The translations under genes and the position numbers were made by a program. From Longimicrobiales bacterium (GTDB lineage: Bacteria; Gemmatimonadota; Gemmatimonadetes; Longimicrobiales; Gaopeijiaceae): DNA of 64,000 nt. The stretch lies in NCBI GenBank assembly GCA_965226375.1, contig CBDDCX010000008.1:1216001-1280000 (forward strand), read 5' to 3'. Positions within the stretch are counted from its first letter, which is position 1. Each line of letters starts with the position of its first letter. Shown here one piece after another: positions 61,650-64,000 of the stretch. A model generated the notes under the pieces. The model saw nothing but the letters and a program-made list of their open reading frames with translations, did not search any database and had not been told where the DNA came from.

Positions 61650-62898
61650 ATGCCCACAGAACGCATCAGGTTCCCGAGTCACGAAGGCCAGACCCTGATG
61701 GGTCGGCTGGAGCTTCCCACCGGTCGCCCGCCCCGGGCCTTTGCCCTGTTCGCGCACTGCTTCACCTGCACCAAGAACATCAAGGCTGCGGTGACCATAA
61801 GTCGTGCCCTGGCCCAGCAAGGAGTCGGAGTACTGAGGTTCGACTTCACGGGCCTGGGCGAGAGCGACGGGGACTTTGCGGACACGAATTTTACGTCCAA
61901 CGTCGACGACCTGGTGGCGGCCGGACGTCACCTGTCCGAGGTGCACGCGGCACCCAGAATTTTGGTGGGACATTCGCTGGGCGGCGCCGCCGTACTCCAA
62001 GCGGCCCACGATCTCCCTTCTGTCCGGGCAGTGGCCACCATCGGCGCGCCCTCCGATCCAGGGCACGTGGTCGACCAACTCAAGGGCTCGCTGGACGAGA
62101 TCCTCTCGACGGGTGAGGCCGAGGTGCAGCTCGCGGGCAGACCCTTTCGGGTCAAGCAACAATTCGTCCAGGACCTCTACGACGCCAAGGTGGACGAGGC
62201 CGTCCGCACGCTGAAGCGCGCTCTGCTCATTTTTCACTCGCCGGTAGACGAGATTGTGGGAGTCGAACACGCCGCGCGGTTGTACGACTTGGCCAAGCAT
62301 CCAAAGAGTTTTGTCTCGTTGGACGATGCCGACCACCTGGTGTCCAGCCCCCAGGACTCGGAGTACATCGGTGCCGTGCTTGCGGCGTGGGCGCGTAAGT
62401 ATGTGGAGCTCGACCCCGCAGACCCACACAGTGGGCACGAGCACTCCACGGACCGGGTCGTCGTCGAAACCGGATTCTACCTATACGAGTGAGATCTGGG
62501 CTCAGGGCCACACCCTGATCGCCGATGAGCCAAAGCGACTCGGCGGCAACGACGCCGGCCCGACGCCTTATGAATTCGTCCTGGCCGGGCTGGGAGCTTG
62601 CGTCGGGATCACGCTCCGTATGTACGCGAACCGAAAGGAATGGCCGCTAGAGGGGGTGGTCGTGGGCCTGAACCACAAGAAGGTTCACCTGAGGGATTGT
62701 GAGGATTGTGAGGAGGACGACGCCCGGGTCGACGCGGTGGACCAACGCGTCACGCTACTCGGTCCTCTGACCGACGAACAGCGGGAGCGGCTGATGCAGA
62801 TTGCGCACCGGTGTCCCGTGCACAAGACGCTGGACGCCGGTGTGCGCATCCGTACAGAAGGCACAGCCCTGACGGAGAGCCCACCGGGGTCGGCCTAG
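61650..62898 (+). CDS. Bifunctional alpha/beta hydrolase-OsmC protein (+1 frameshift at ~62475)
   Basis: FAHCFTC, FDFTGLGES, GHSLGG, ADHL, then ADEP...GPTPYE...GAC...RMYA...RCPVHKTL. Deleting one T gives VVETGSTYTSEI. Confidence 0.88.
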
Positions 62899-62908
62899 CC
62901 GGCAACCC

Positions 62909-64000
62909 CTACGATGGGCCCGAGACGACCCTTCCTCGTCTGAAGAGTAGACTCCGGAAGTGAGCGTGGTGGATCCCCACGTCGTGGATGCGGATCATGT
63001 CCACTCCCTTCTCGGCGAGTTTGTCGCTCACCTCCAAGGTTTCCGGGTCCCGCTTTTCGCTCGGCTTGTCGGTCACCAACTCGAACAACGACTTGCGGCT
63101 ATGACCGATGAGAAGCGGCGTTTCAAGGTCGTGCAACTCCTCGGCACGTTCGAGAATCTCCCAGTTCTGCCGTGAGGTCTTCCCAAACCCGATCCCCGGA
63201 TCGAGCACCAGCCGTTGATGGGAGACTCCCTTTGCCTCGAACGCCTCGAGTTTGGCCAGCCCCCACTCTCGCAGGTACCGCACGGGATCCGAGTCCCCGG
63301 GGATGAACTCCCCTTTCACGACGGGAATCGAGAGGCTGTGCATGCAGACGAGTGGGAGGTCCGTGCTCTGTGCGATTTCCATCATGGCCGGGTCGGAAAA
63401 CCCCGTCACATCGTTGATCATGTCGATGCCGACCCCCAGGGCGCGCTTCACGGTTTTCGGATTCCGCGAGTCGAGGCTGACCCTGAAGGGCTTCTCACCT
63501 TGAAGTTGCTTGAGGCCGTGAAGCACAGGCTCGATGCGCGCCCACTCCTCCTCGTGTTCCACCCGCTCCCCGGCCGGCCGTGTCGATTCGGCACCGAGAT
63601 CGATGATCGCTGCACCGGCATCGACGAGCGTGCGGGCATGATCCAGGGCGGCTTCCGGGTGTGCGTGCGCTCCTCCATCGCTGAAGCTGTCAGGCGTGAC
63701 GTTCAGGATCCCCATGAGTTCGGGGTAACGCACCCTGTACTCGGACTCGGGCGCATGGACGATATCGGAAGCGCCTCCCTCTTCGAGCCGTTGCACATGT
63801 TCGCGAAACGAATGCCCCCGGAGCGTATCGTGGGGCACCAGGTCGGCGAGAGGTGCCAGGACAAAGGCCCGGTCCAGGATTTCGGGGTGTGGGATCCGAA
63901 GCTGCTCGGACTGCACCTCCATTCCCGGCCACCACAGTATGTCGATATCGATGAGTCGCGGAGCCCATCTCTCGCCGTCCGAGCGCCCGAGGGCTTGCTC
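62909..64000 (-). CDS. folKP: FolK-FolP fusion (HPPK-dihydropteroate synthase), 5' end outside the window
   Basis: RWAPRLIDIDIL...IPHP...RAFVLAPLADL (HPPK) in frame with MGILNVTPDSFSDGG, GAESTRP, DPGIGFGK, SRKS, RIHDV (DHPS). Confidence 0.92.
   Translation of the reverse strand, partial: EQALGRSDGERWAPRLIDIDILWWPGMEVQSEQLRIPHPEILDRAFVLAPLADLVPHDTLRGHSFREHVQRLEEGGASDIVHAPESEYRVRYPELMGILNVTPDSFSDGGAHAHPEAALDHARTLVDAGAAIIDLGAESTRPAGERVEHEEEWARIEPVLHGLKQLQGEKPFRVSLDSRNPKTVKRALGVGIDMINDVTGFSDPAMMEIAQSTDLPLVCMHSLSIPVVKGEFIPGDSDPVRYLREWGLAKLEAFEAKGVSHQRLVLDPGIGFGKTSRQNWEILERAEELHDLETPLLIGHSRKSLFELVTDKPSEKRDPETLEVSDKLAEKGVDMIRIHDVGIHHAHFRSLLFRRGRVVSGPS

Overview
High-GC bacterial chromosome segment. 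The 16S rRNA, gene content and expanded carboxypeptidase-regulatory/plug proteins point to a Gemmatimonadota-like FCB-group organism; this is inferred, not database-checked. Most of the window is housekeeping, almost all on the minus strand. One block is radical SAM-der-plsY-gpsA-merR-surE-pcm-yqaA. A long run reads era, PorV-like, rnr, GGDEF, Zn-ribbon, prfB (programmed +1 frameshift), lysS, lolC/E, lolD, mcsA, mcsB, clpC, bamA, skp, lpxD, lpxC-fabZ, lpxA, gnnA-like, lpxB, DUF374, lpxK, rlmH, bshC, murJ, uvrC. The right end holds a complete 16S-23S-5S operon with no spacer tRNAs, tRNA-His, a hydrolase-OsmC fusion and a folK-folP fusion. There are four accessory spots. (i) The left edge has a truncated Ser/Thr kinase and an isolated 5' half of tRNA-Arg(CCT). 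(ii) 12.5-14.9 kb has a decayed IS3, a phage-type small gene and a tandemly duplicated tRNA-Gly(CCC). (iii) 48.5-52.3 kb has a cluster of secreted TonB-plug-like proteins without a barrel, plus a small-barrel/plug fusion; this is the best candidate for an undescribed system. (iv) 52.4-55.8 kb is an IS pile-up: an IS1595 sits inside the left inverted repeat of an IS256 and is itself interrupted by a 31-nt piece of a related IS256 transposase. Five genes carry single extra bases in short homopolymers, probably long-read errors. No CRISPR array was seen.
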